Source: Marsupella aquatica
Taxonomy: Eukaryota > Plantae > Marchantiophyta
Assembly (NCBI GenBank): GCA_973895155.1
Contig: OZ316893.1
Location: 11,982,359-12,046,358, forward strand
Length of the DNA: 64,000 nucleotides
Direction: 5' to 3'
Shown here in pieces: positions 36,127-49,199 of this stretch (position 1 is the first letter of the stretch; each line of letters opens with the position of its first letter). Below the pieces are notes generated by a model. That model was given only the letters and a program-made list of their open reading frames with translations, was not told the DNA's origin and did no database searches. The position numbers were made by a program, and so were the translations under genes.

Positions 36127-38619
36127 ATGGCGAAGGTGTGTTCGAGGAGTCGACCACCGCAGAACCGAGTGCTCGTAGGAGGTGTGCATCGTGAGACGAT
36201 TGTTCGAGGTCGCGGGGATCATCATGAAGTGACAGGAACTATGGCGGACAGCAGCTCCGACACCTCGGATCCATGCCATAGTTGCAACGCGCGTGGCGCA
36301 GCTGTGGAATCCTGCGATCATGAAGGCGGAGAGGTTTCCGGACCTCTCCGAAAGACTACGTCCGCCCGTCCCGGGCCTTGTGAAGGCCACGGGCAATCTG
36401 TGCTCGACTTCGGAAGTCCGAAGCAGCTCATCCAGCAGCGCATCGGTGGCATGGCCTCGCCATCATGGCCCAGCTATTTCAAGGGTTCTCCGTCGGCGTA
36501 CCTCGCAGAACCCGGCTGGACATCCAATAAATCGTCATCTGTCAATTGCATAATGAGCTTTGATCACAGTCCGTCTAATCTGGCATCGCAATCCCGAGCG
36601 AATCCGGACGCGTACTACTTGTCGATGCTCAACAATGGGGGCATGATGAGCGCCGAGGATATGGAGCATTCGGGAGCCTCAACGAGCATGATGGGTCGGA
36701 ACAATGCCACTCTTGTCAATCAATGGGGTCATCCGATGCAGCACGGTGCTGCACTGCACGGGTTAGTAGGCATGGAGTCTAGGGACAGCGGATTCGTGAC
36801 CTACATGGAAGAGCGAGGAGGGGGCAATTGCCACACGAGTGATCATGCGTCTTTCGGGAATGCGCTGAACACGAGTTCACAGGACATGGACGAATCCTCA
36901 ATTGAGGCGTGGGTGGATCTCATGGTCAATGAATTGGTCGAAGCTATGCCGGACTTCCCAATCGAGCAGCTCCTGCAGAGTCTGTCCGAGACTCTCACCA
37001 GTTCCTGCAATTTTCAAGTGGGCAACGTCATCGACGCCCGTCTGAGGTCTTACGGGTCGAACAATCAGTTCATCCAAGGTCCGCCTCCCTCTCCCGAATT
37101 GACAAGTCTTTCTGACCAGTCGGGCTCGAGCCGGGGGTCGAAGAGATCCAGAGAGCACAGCGGAGGTTGGGACAGTGATGAGATAGGCGCAGCGCAAATG
37201 CAAGAGGCACAGAAGACCTTTCACAGTGCTGGCGACATGTCGATGGATGGCCAAAATGAGCAGCATCTACCACAACATGATCGACATCAAATGATAAACC
37301 AATTCGTGCCAGGCAAACACCAGGTTGTGCAATTACAACAACAATCCGCCGTGCAAGACGATCATCAGAGAGGCCGCCATGGGAGTAACCCTCCAATTCC
37401 GCGAGAGCAAGCTGCAGGGAACTTGGAATCCAGTGCTGGGGAAGCTGCTCCTGAGGTTCGCACAGCACGGCCAGTGGCTGCTCAGATTGCGCAAAACTTG
37501 GAGAAGTTCACGGAAAAAGACGAGGAGGGCTTACAACTCCTCGGCCTACTCATGCAGTGTGCCGAAGCTTTATCAGCAGACAATTACGATGCGGCGAACG
37601 AGATCCTGCCCCAGTTGCACGAATTTGCTTCGCCGTATGGAACTCCAGTGCAGCGAGTGGCCGCATATTTCGCCGAGGGCATGTCATCGCGGCTCCTGAA
37701 CTGTTATATTCAAATGTTCAACCCTCTCCCAAAGATGCAGCTCTTGGGCACGCAAACAATAGTTGCAGCCTTCCAGGTCTTCAATGGAATCTGCCCGTTC
37801 GTCAAATTCTCCCACTTCACTGCCAACCAAGCGATCCTGGAAGCGTTTGAAGGAGAAGAAAGCGTGCATATCATAGACATTGACATAATGCAAGGCTTGC
37901 AGTGGCCTGCGCTGTTTCATATCCTGGCGGCACGACCGGGAGGTCCTCCTAGAGTTCGCATCACTGGTCTCGGAACCTCGATGGATGCCCTGGAAGCGAC
38001 TGGGAGACGGTTGTCCAATTTTGCTCAGACTTTGGGCCTCCCTTTTCAGTACACACCAGTGGCCGAGCGCATTGGTAACGTGGATGCCAAAACTCTGGAA
38101 GTGAGGAAAGGCGATGTTCTGGCCGTGCATTGGCTGCACCATTCTTTGTACGATGTAACTGGGTCTGATATGCGCACGCTTCAATTCCTTCAGAGCTTGT
38201 CGCCCAAAGTGATCACGATGGTCGAACAAGATCTATCCTTCTCGGGTTCCTTCCTGAACCGCTTTGTAGAGGCTCTCCATTACTACTCCGCTCTCTTTGA
38301 TTCACTGGGGGCCAGCTTCCCGGAGGACCATGCGGACAGGCACACGGTCGAACAGCAGCTCCTCTCTTGCGAGATCAAGAATATCCTGGCGGTAGGTGGA
38401 CCAGCTCGGACAGGAGAGGTGAAGTTCGAGCAATGGAGGGATCAGCTTGGCCAAGCGGGATTCAAGCCGGTCTCGCTCAGTGGCAACGCAGCAACACAGG
38501 CTTCTCTCCTTCTTGGTATGTTCCCATGCGAGGGTTACACTCTCGTCAAACAAAATGGTACCCTAAAGCTTGGATGGAAAGATCTTTGCCTCTACACAGC
38601 ATCCGCATGGAAGTGCTAA
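36127..38619 (+). CDS. SCR: GRAS transcription factor, SCARECROW subfamily, single exon (about 830 aa)
   Basis: Motifs [114 protein letters not shown] and [14 protein letters not shown]. Also has an SCR-type N-terminal AWVD..V.EL helix. The start codon is uncertain. Confidence 0.93.
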   Translation: MAKVCSRSRPPQNRVLVGGVHRETIVRGRGDHHEVTGTMADSSSDTSDPCHSCNARGAAVESCDHEGGEVSGPLRKTTSARPGPCEGHGQSVLDFGSPKQLIQQRIGGMASPSWPSYFKGSPSAYLAEPGWTSNKSSSVNCIMSFDHSPSNLASQSRANPDAYYLSMLNNGGMMSAEDMEHSGASTSMMGRNNATLVNQWGHPMQHGAALHGLVGMESRDSGFVTYMEERGGGNCHTSDHASFGNALNTSSQDMDESSIEAWVDLMVNELVEAMPDFPIEQLLQSLSETLTSSCNFQVGNVIDARLRSYGSNNQFIQGPPPSPELTSLSDQSGSSRGSKRSREHSGGWDSDEIGAAQMQEAQKTFHSAGDMSMDGQNEQHLPQHDRHQMINQFVPGKHQVVQLQQQSAVQDDHQRGRHGSNPPIPREQAAGNLESSAGEAAPEVRTARPVAAQIAQNLEKFTEKDEEGLQLLGLLMQCAEALSADNYDAANEILPQLHEFASPYGTPVQRVAAYFAEGMSSRLLNCYIQMFNPLPKMQLLGTQTIVAAFQVFNGICPFVKFSHFTANQAILEAFEGEESVHIIDIDIMQGLQWPALFHILAARPGGPPRVRITGLGTSMDALEATGRRLSNFAQTLGLPFQYTPVAERIGNVDAKTLEVRKGDVLAVHWLHHSLYDVTGSDMRTLQFLQSLSPKVITMVEQDLSFSGSFLNRFVEALHYYSALFDSLGASFPEDHADRHTVEQQLLSCEIKNILAVGGPARTGEVKFEQWRDQLGQAGFKPVSLSGNAATQASLLLGMFPCEGYTLVKQNGTLKLGWKDLCLYTASAWKC

Positions 38620-41600
38620 TTCTGACACGGTATTCGATCGAGTCAGCTGGCTCTTTGAAAGGAACCTCGTACAGGCAGCTAGCTTATTCATTTAAAACTC
38701 GCTTGGCAAGTTTCCGTGAGCCTTTTCTAGCCAGACTCGAGCTTTTTGTAATCTAGGTCGGCGAATTGCCGAATCAAAATTTGTAACATACCACGATCAC
38801 CTTCCGACAGAAAGAGAAGAATTTCAATGCCAGGGCAGGGAGTTCGTCTAGTGTACATCGAAAATCCAGTGATGGATATGAGTGGATTTCATGGGCTGAG
38901 TTTTTTTTCACAACAGCGGGAAATTAAGTCACCTCATGCATGAGAATCAGCGAATTCTCAATCAGCTCGGGCACCAACTCTTCACGGAACACTCTTCGTC
39001 AATGCAGGAAGCACTGCGTGAAACTCAGGATGGACAATGGCCCTTCAATTTAACTTACAGCCTCGCTTACAGCACATGACAATTAAGGATATTCTTAGAC
39101 AGTCGTCTCGAAGTCTCAACCACTCGTCGACAAAGCCTGCTCAAGCTCAGAATCTAGATCTTCAGACAACTTAATTAGGTGAAGAACGCTTGTATAAATT
39201 TTCATCAGAGACTGGAACTACAGGACTCAAGCAACTCATGCGTGCACAGTTCTGTATCCACAACGATCGACCGAAACACAGATAAGTAGCTAGCTACCTA
39301 GCTAGGGCTCCCTGATAACTCAAGTGTGATCATAGCAAGCGTATACAATACTTGCTTATAGTTCTCTAACCTTTAGGACCGACCAAGAGCTATGAATCTG
39401 TCCCCTCGTCCGCTTCTAGAATACCATTGGCCGCTCGTAGTATTGTCTAGGGGGAGGCTCGAGTAGCTAGCGCAGCGCTCTTGAGGTTGATCTTTCATCA
39501 TTCATTGTAAAATAAATCACGGAAAACCTTGCAATTGAGTGACAATTAACATTTCTCATCCTTCCTACACTAATTAAGTAATTTGGACGGGATAGTCTTG
39601 AAGCATCTTTCATCATACATTGTGAAATACAGCTTGGAAAACCTTTCAATTGATGTCCCAACGTTTTCCAATCTACTTTACTTTGGAAGGGGTATCATTG
39701 TAGCCCGCTAGATACAGCTCTATAACGGCTCTGTTATTACAAGGATGCTTTCTAAGTGGGAATTCATATGTTGCTCGGTGACTTTCATCGCTGGACCTGT
39801 GCCACTTGATTCTATGTGATACATGCCCAGGTAGCGCCCACTGAAGCTAGCTGGACGTTAATTCCACGAAATAGTCTGTAGCCATCTGGCTGCATTTGAA
39901 TTGTGATGCATGATACAGAAGGACTGGTCGAGCTCGTCCACAGGTCGAAGGGCATGATCCTCATGTCCAGTGTGTGCGAATTGTGATTGCTATTGTACAA
40001 CTGACAGATCTATGATACAACTAAAGCTACGATCTCCCTTAGTTAGTCATGTGATCGTCGTAATCTATGTTGAAGAGAGGACAGACGCAGAGGGGACCCA
40101 CGATACTAAACATTTGGCACTATCAAAGGAATAAAGAAATGCATCTAGCACCCTAAGATACAGTAGAAGTTGGAATCCTTTGAAGCAGTATAAAATTTGT
40201 AAATTATTGGACTTAGGTTTAGTGCGCAGCACTATATACTCAATCATCCCTGGTCACCAAATTATGCCATCACAAGCGGAGTACCGATCGAATAGTGTAC
40301 CCAGGTCAAAGTCGAACGTGAGGGTCTCAGATCTACAAAGTACTAATGTCATTTGGCCAGATGCGGATCGATATAATTGGGAGGCGCTGTGATCGACCAA
40401 GAATCTTTGTGATACGTCCAAGTAACTTCCTTAGTTCATGATATAGAGTACGTCGTTTCCTACCAGAAGCCAACAATGCCAACACCAGCTATTGGACACG
40501 CTGCACGCCAGTTATGAAATGATCCGATATATGTAGACGTCGTTGGGCAGGTACATACTGTAGCGTCTTAGACGTGGTGGTTGTTTGGATTGTGAGAATG
40601 GTGGCCGGTAGGAGCGATCGACGTGTATACTCAGTGCACCACTCAATGCACTGACTCTTCCTTCGCCTTCTGACTGGCAGCAAAATTAATAGGGGCCTTT
40701 GACACCTCTGGACAAACTCTCACGGCACTTCTCAGTCGAACAGTTTGCTTAAGCCTCTGGAACAACATTGTCATGATCGAGGAACTCTGCGCGACCTCGG
40801 TTCATTGGCATAATTTTTGGGGGCTTGGCCTTCTCTGGAAGAACTGTCACTGCGGATCCCAGTGGACCAACTTGCGTACTCTAGAAGAACATTGTCATAA
40901 GGAACTCCGCGTGACCTCGGTAGGCATGGTCTCACTTGCAATTTCACACAGTACTCTATTAATTGGAGGCAAATCCAATGCCGAGCGCCCTTTCTGCCGC
41001 CCTGAACTACAGCGTTGACTTGCAGACGTCATACCACCGATCTGAGTACATAACGGTCACTGCAATCGTTTTGGTGTCGAGCTTGGCCACGAAGTTTAGA
41101 TTTCTCAGACAGTTCTGAGCAATCAGGCTGGCTCGAAGGTTGGTATCGCGAAGCATCTAATTCCGTTCGTCGAGGTGCGCTCTCAGGACTAAATCCTGCA
41201 GCCTGTACATTTAAGCTTGTTGCTAGCACAGTTGCCAAACAATCAATTGATGAGAGATTGTCTCTCATTCCATACTAGAGAGCCTCGTCAATGGGTTCGG
41301 AAAGTAACTCCATTCTCGGACCGTCTTAGCGACATTGCTGAACCAGAACCATGTCCTGTCACCTATTCTCATCAGTTGCTCCCTGGCAACCAAAATTCGT
41401 AAATATTAAGTGATTGGAGCGGTGAAACCGATGAAGAATATATGGAATAGGAAACGCACCTTTTCTTAACATCAGACATAGACTATGTAACTAAGGCCGA
41501 TGACTGTGCAGTTCAAAACGTTTCCTTGGGAAAATCACCCCAATACACTGTCCAGGTAGTATTTGTAGCTCGCCCATTTGTAGTGGAATCTTTTGTTAAT

Positions 41601-44600
41601 TGCCTAGTAGATTTAGTATATGAGATGTTGAGGGGCTGTTGGTGCACCAGGGAAAGAAAAATAAATGCAGAAGGCATATTATTGTGATTCATTAGAACAT
41701 TTAATAACAAATATTGAAATGAGTTCAACCCATTAATTGTCCCTTACTTACAATTACTGCCTTGCTAAACTCATGCATGATAATAATATTCGAGGAAGCA
41801 CTGCATGGATTGTGCTCAAAATATAGTATCTCGTCTGAGTGACTAAGAAGATAATAAATATTTCTGAGATATAATCTTTTAATGTTATCCAAGTTTCTCT
41901 GATGGATTTGGGATGGAATCTCAGGAAAAGTTAAAATGTGCTCAAACTGTACTATTACTACTTTTTTAAAAGTATGTTTCAATACATCCATACTACAGCC
42001 TACAGATGTGATTTCATCCTGGTTGTAGTGAACCTTAGAGTTATATATGGGAGCATCTCATCGAATTAGATACTTCCTCTGTTGGGACAATAGGCATGAC
42101 TCTTCTCCCAATAAAGCCCCACAAACTAGAAGCCCCAAAATGGGACTCTTTAGAATCTTTCTAATAAATGGCATAAACGTTTTTCTAGGACGTCTCTTAT
42201 GGAATGTTATTGAAATGAATTGTATTGGTCTTTTCTAATTTTCTGACGTTTTATGTGACGTGCTTTCTGGCTTCCCATCAAGTTTGTCTTCATACATTCT
42301 AACAAAGGTTTTTAATGGCACCATTATCAAGTATCTTTGTTCTCTCTAAGGCAGTTTAAAAGCGGGTTTAAAATATCACAATATATCAAGGTCCACATTG
42401 CTTCTGTTGAGCTTACTAGGGGAGGGGCTAGTGTTCGAATCAGAAAACTTTCTAATTGATGTGGGTTGTACTTGACTCCATCAGGAATGTTATTAGTAGG
42501 GGGTGTAATTAAACCATGCGCGCCCCCGGCACCCTACAAAGGAACTCCATTTTCTATGTTCAGGCAGGAAGCAGGTGAATCCATGTGGTTCACCCGGCCC
42601 TAACTCTACCCGACAATAGTTGTAAAGGAGACCCATATCAACCCACAACAGTGCAATCAAGGTTGAATGGGTCAAATTTGACCCCCTCCAACTTTATTTC
42701 TCCTTTAAAGGAGACCTGACTAGTAAACATGGGATGAAACCTAAAGAAATGGGTACTACAGTAGTTACTAGAAAGCATTACCCTACACTGATTGTGCACA
42801 TAACACAAGAGGTTTTAAGAGACTTCTAAAGGAGACTACTAGTGTTAAAAAGCACCCATTCAAACAGACCCTACTTAATTAATTAGTACAATCTACGAAC
42901 CATGTAAATTTTGTGTGATACACGAAGCAAAAGCATCAATTTTTTCGTCAATAGAACATGACATGTACCACGTATGATCATAATTGTCGTAGTGATTGCA
43001 CCAATTCCACCGTCTCTAGTGTACTCAAGGCTTGTTGTCCAGCCACTTGTCTGGTCTAGGAGCCCGTCTAGGAGCTTGTTATGGACCCCTATTGTAAGTT
43101 CCTTACAAAACCTCGTTCACAACAAGCGCCACAGTAGTGCTTTTAGTCACAAACATTCAATATGTGTTTGGAACCATTAATCATTAAAACATCGATAATA
43201 AAACTTAAAATAACAAATAGCTGGGGAAAACTACCTACATTATCTTAGTACCTGATTATCTTCAAAATTGATAGCATCCTAGTATTTGACTAAATCTGCC
43301 AATGTTAGGGAAAGTTCCAACAAAATTTACAAATCAGGGAAAAACAAAGTACAATGAAAGGAAAGAAAATGAGGTCCAAAGGAAACAAACACCTAACCAG
43401 AAAAATAGAAAAGCAAGTGCAAACCTAAAAAAGGAAGAAGATAAAGGGAAAAGTGTCAAACACTCCATGAGTGCAAACTCAAGGTCTAGTGTCTACATTG
43501 GAAAATGTGAAAAGAGCTAATGGACCACATCCAATGTCCTAACCAAATCAGCAAGTGGGACAGGAATGTTAGGCTCCTTGAAAAGCTAATTCTAAAATGT
43601 TTTTCAGTCCTTTAGCACAAAAGTGTTAAAGCACAAAAGAGCAATTTAGAAATCCCTGATTTCTTTAATATTGATGAAATCTGGTAATGTTATGATCATT
43701 AAAATTTTCTCCAAAATGCTTGATTCAGAATTGGAACCACAACATAGAACTTTTGGTTGGCCCTACAGCTAGAATTTGTGATCTCTCTGATAGTTCATGT
43801 ACTAGGGAGTTCATGACATAGGTCTTCCAATGTTAGGCTCATTGCAAAGCTTGTTCAAGAACTTTTGGAAGAATTCTAACTAAGCATGAAAATATTTATT
43901 GAGAAATGAAGAGATATTCAAAATGGCTTTGTTGTTGATGACATAAGCTCTAGATTTCAAGGAGCTAGGGTAGAGCAATACAAAAACATAATTATGAGTT
44001 TTTCAATAATTTAAATTACATCAGGCAATGTGAGGCTCATTGGAAATTTTTATCATAAATGTTTGTACGAAAGAAGCACGAGGTGTTTTAATAAGAGATC
44101 AAGGAGAAATTTGAGATCAAGTTTTTTGTTGGCGTCATACCTAGACTCTCAAGGAAGGGCAAAGCAATTCAGAAATTTGTGACCTCTTCAATTGCTGACT
44201 ATATATATCTGACAATGGAGATATCTCTAAACATTCCATTGTAAGCACAACAGAGGTTGCACCCATAGACCAGAGGGCCCTTCAAAATGGGTAAAAGACA
44301 GTTTAGACCACTGTCTTTGAAGCAAAATCAACTCATGGATCCAAGCTACCATAATCAGTCAATGATAGGCTTTCAAAAGTTTGAAATTAAGGTATTCTGA
44401 AAGTGATTAGTTTTTCCTCCCACAGCTTGGGGAGAGTAACCAGGTCCTCAGATCACTTCTTATTTTACCCCTTCCTTGCACCAAGCTATTTCATTTAGTC
44501 ATGATCTCCTGCTCCTCTTAAACCACCACTAGCATTAGTAAACAGCAAAGGGTCCAAAACCTCCCTGAGTCGGTGCCCTCCACAATTTCTGTACAATGAT

Positions 44601-47600
44601 GCTAATTACAATTTGCTAGTAACAATGGTGTTATTTGAGTACGTATATTGTACCCTTAGTGTTTAGTGACCCCCATGGCAAGCTCCTTCCAAAATGTCTG
44701 GAAGCATGTGCAGCCACTATTGGAGGTAACACAACAAGTTAGTAAGTCATGCAATTAAAAGAATCAAGTGAACGGTGATTATTTGTGTTTGAGGCAAGGC
44801 AAACATAAGTGTAAAACCAATAGATCTAGAGTTGAAAAATAACATTAATTTCAAAGGAACACAGAAAGGTGTAAAAAGGGGGTATAAGAAAATAACCTTT
44901 GAATAGGTTGTAAATAATTGATATATGAATGTTTTCCAGTAAATTGTTTGAATTTTCTCGTGAATTTGCAAATTTTTGAAACAACCATGAGTAAAAAGAA
45001 ACTCTTCAGCTATTATAACATTACCACTTACATAACGTCAGAAACTCATGGACAAAGGAGTGACACGGGAAGTCAATATAAAAAAGTAACCCTTTAATTA
45101 GGTACTATGGACACACCGATACCAAGCAAACTTAAGACATCATTTGACTACTACGAATAGAGGAATATTTTGCATGGATTGTGTGGAATCATGCATGTTA
45201 CATGTACTAAATGGACATAGAGGTACCAACAGAATGTTTTGCATGGACTCTTACTAACAATCAATCATATACTCTTTGTCTTCAATAAAATAGAACCTGT
45301 CCTAACTCCCTTAAAACCCACTTCATTCAAATTCCTCCAATAGTTAATCTTAATCTTTGTCATCTCATCTCCATATCCAAAGCTATTTCAAACTGTAACT
45401 GTTCAGTGCTCTCAACAATTGAATATCATTAAGCTACCCCAAACGAATGACAATTAACAAATGGGACTTCTTTGGATATATACTTTCAGTGATCAAAAGG
45501 GTGAACAAAGTTGTACACTGTCTTGTGGAGTTAGTATATTCTTTGATTTGTCTAATTATTCTTGATTACCCTGCCTCCACATACTCTTTCCAGATTTTGA
45601 GGTCTACTACTTGACCTCATGATTTTGTTTCAGCTCTAAAAGCAACTGTTTTTTCTTGGGTCTAATTTTAGTGATAATGTTTTTGGAATTACCTCAATGT
45701 CGGTTTACAATAACTGGCTCCCAAACAATAAAACCTTTTGGGAATTTTTTGCTGAAATTTGAAATTAAATTGGATCGGAGTTTTTTCTAGCATTGAGTCG
45801 TAAGAGGGAGACTAACAGCTGTGACTAAATACTTACGTCTAGAATGGTCTTCATTGTGAAGATCGAACGAATGACGCGTCAAAATATACGCAAGCTAGGA
45901 GACACATGCAAGTGTCTTATTACAAAACACAGATTCATTTGTCAACCGTCAATATCAGACTAATTAGTCAGCTGCCTGATTCTTCAGCATCTGCTAAAGC
46001 AATGCAGCAACCCAACCGAAGTGTCTAGGACTTGACTCGTATCTCAGATACGTGCTGTAAGTTTGACGGTACAACTTGTTTCATTGACTTCTGAAATCAG
46101 ATATGTCAACATGTCCAATTTGAAGCTACTAACAATGATACTTAACAAGGAATCGAAGATTATCTCTTGCATTTGTATACCTGATTATCTGTGCTGAGGC
46201 GAGAGACCAGTAATAAGATGTTCTACGTACGGGATCAATATTGTATATGGAATGTCTATCGTATAGGAGAAAATATAGAAAGTGCTTGCGAATCTGTGCA
46301 AATGCGCGCATGTAGTGACGAGGGTGAGGAAGATTATGTAAACGGTTCAGGCAGCTAGAGTCAAGTTATGGATAGGTATACACGTCATTTCCGTGCCACG
46401 AAATTCATCACTCTCGGAAAACATTACGAGAACACACGTACATGAGGTCGTCAGATAGACATCCTTCGTTACACCTTGATAAGATTATGCAATGGAGCTA
46501 AGTTACAGCCCGCGTTACAGCAGATCCTCAATTAATGGGCGACACCGTTAAAAAGGAAACTATCCACGGGACAATGACTTCGTGGACCCTAAGGATTCGA
46601 CGGACTGTATATAGCAGCGGTCGAGACTTAAACACCCAGACTCGTCACCGTAGCAGCAATTGATGGACGGCAGGATCGAATATCCACAGGAACAGTTCTG
46701 CGAGCGAGCTGTCCAAACGCTCTTCAAATGCCCAGCTGCAATTCCAAACAGCCCATTGATTTGATATCCACTTGGAGTGAGCTATGAAATTCACTCAAAC
46801 GAGAATCCTCCAATCTGGGGACCAGATCATTCAAAGTTTACAAAACATATCCATTCTGATGATTGAGAGCGAATGAATGAATGAATTCACTCCAATCCAC
46901 TGATTTCCTGGCTGAATGATTGAGATGATTCATCAATGAATGAACAGATTCAAAAGTGTGCTGATTTCCTAATTGGTAAGCTTTGGGACATGCATGTAAA
47001 TCGGGTGCGTGGAGGTGAGGGCAGTTCTGACAGAACTGCTCAACCCGGTCAGATTCAGTGAGATCAGGGCTTGAAGTCCACGCCGGTGGCAATCAATGCA
47101 AACAAGACAGCATGCAAGACATGCAAGTCGGTTATTCCTTTGCTCGCCATCTCTCGATGGTGTCGTTTATCGCATGTCCTTTTCGCGTACGATTTCTGGC
47201 TGCTCTCTGTTCGTTACCATCGTAAGATCAAAATGTAGCGCGCGGATTCGCGCCGAATGCGCGAAGTCTTCCTGCAAGTCTTTACGAAATCCACAACACC
47301 AACGACAAATGACGACACTGCTAAGACCTGACAGAGGTGAGCAGGAATATAACAAGGCCGACTCAGTATTTTTATACTAACCAAAGGCATTCGACCTGGC
47401 GTACAGCGGCAACGTACTAAAATAGAATAAACTTTTTGACTCACCCACTTCTGACTATGGTGTCCCTTTAGGTTCGTACTATTTTTGTATCCCCGGCTGC
47501 GAATCCAGAGAGACTCGAAGTTGTCGCCACCCCTTGAATTGCAGAAATGTACAGTAATTCGTGGTTTACAATACTGTCAACTGGGAAGCAAGGGGACCTA

Positions 47601-49199
47601 TACGTCAGATGCAAAAGCCATTTCCGAATGAGTCTTGATCTTAATTTAAAACCATTTGCTCCGCATGCATGCCGGAAATCGTGCTGGACGTGGGGCCCCT
47701 ACATGACATAAAATATTGTTTTGTGAAGTTCTGATTGTGATGTATAAAGCGAAAGTCCTTGCTCCGCATCACGTAAGCTCCGTCCTCGTATGATTCCCAG
47801 GACTTTTCAAAGAATATGTACACAGCAAGATGGTGATGGGGTAGTCTGTGAGGAAAATCGTGATGTGCAGGAATGTGACCGACAGCATAGGCTCGAGCAC
47901 AGTCACATCCAGATGAAAAAGAGAAAGTTATACTCAACTAACGACTGCAATCGGAAACCTCAATGAGTTGGCTGCCTCACATTGAAATTCGAGCATTCTA
48001 GCTTGTCCTGATTTACCAGCCTTCAACAACTCTGGGAGATTGCCATTTCCTACTGTAAATTAGAGATGAATTCCGGTCGATCAATCAGACTCAAGGATTC
48101 TACATTATATCATGTCAGCAGTGATTCGGCTGCCTAGTCCCATCCTCTTCCGACTTGCCTATATCTAATGAGCTAGCTTTGGGACTAAACACCGTTGAAG
48201 ACAATCAATCTGAAGCATCGGGAGTTCCATATCTAGCAGCATCACTTTGTCGATTGTTTGCACGAGAAATTGATTGAAATGTGCACTGAATCCAATGTCC
48301 GAGGGAGGAAGCCGGAAGGCGGGAAGGGATGGATAGACAGGTAAGGTCAGGGCTGTCATAAGTTCGGGATTACTGAGGTGGGGCACACCTGCATCCTGAA
48401 TGGGCAAACTCGGTGTTCCTGTCGATCTGAGCAATTTCTAGACTGAGGGTGTGTTGTCAGTTATAGAGTAGGTTGCTTCTGGCTACCGTGGATAGTATTT
48501 AGGTTACTTATTTCCGCAACCAGCTACTCCTGTGCTGATTTCCTCGGAAGCCGCGCATCCATGTCCCGAATTGCGGTTAAAGGTCTGGCCCCACCTGCAT
48601 GGCCGCTGTTTTCCAATTCTTTTTTTGGAACGGAAAATGTCAATGATTTTATTAAACATCACAGCAGGCTTCGCGTTTGTCATAACCCACAAGGTTCTCG
48701 AGGCAACCAGCTAAACGCCTAAACAAGTTCGAGCTGGGCCAGATGAATCTGCTCGTTAAGGTCGAGAGAACCAGGTCAATAATCAGTGTTACACTTCGTT
48801 TTATCCTACAATCATCCTTCCAAATTTAGTGTGGCTGCAACCGACGTTCAATCTAATCTCGTAACATTGTACAGGGATGATTGTGGTCCCTGCTAGATCT
48901 GGATATAAGATGCCTTGACGGTGGTGCCACTTCGTTTCCAACCACTGTCCCTACCTCTGTCGGAGACGATAACTTAGTGAGCATGCATTGAAGCTAGAGG
49001 ATAAAGTAGTACTGACGGGTTAATCTCACCCTGTGGGTATTTTTCCCGTTCTCAAAACAAAATCACTGGTGTCTCATGCCAGACGAAACCAAATGACTCA
49101 AGAATACAATAATTGTGATGTTTCACTAGCCTAATGCCCTAACTTAGTGTCTAGCTTTGCACTGAAATGGGTAGTACATTGTGTCCGTTTCTGGTTCCA

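Noticed and set aside
39000-49100. Many short ORFs in the long region downstream of SCR
   Set aside because: No recognisable motifs or consistent exon chain. Probably intergenic DNA and old TE debris, although a small gene or ncRNA cannot be excluded.
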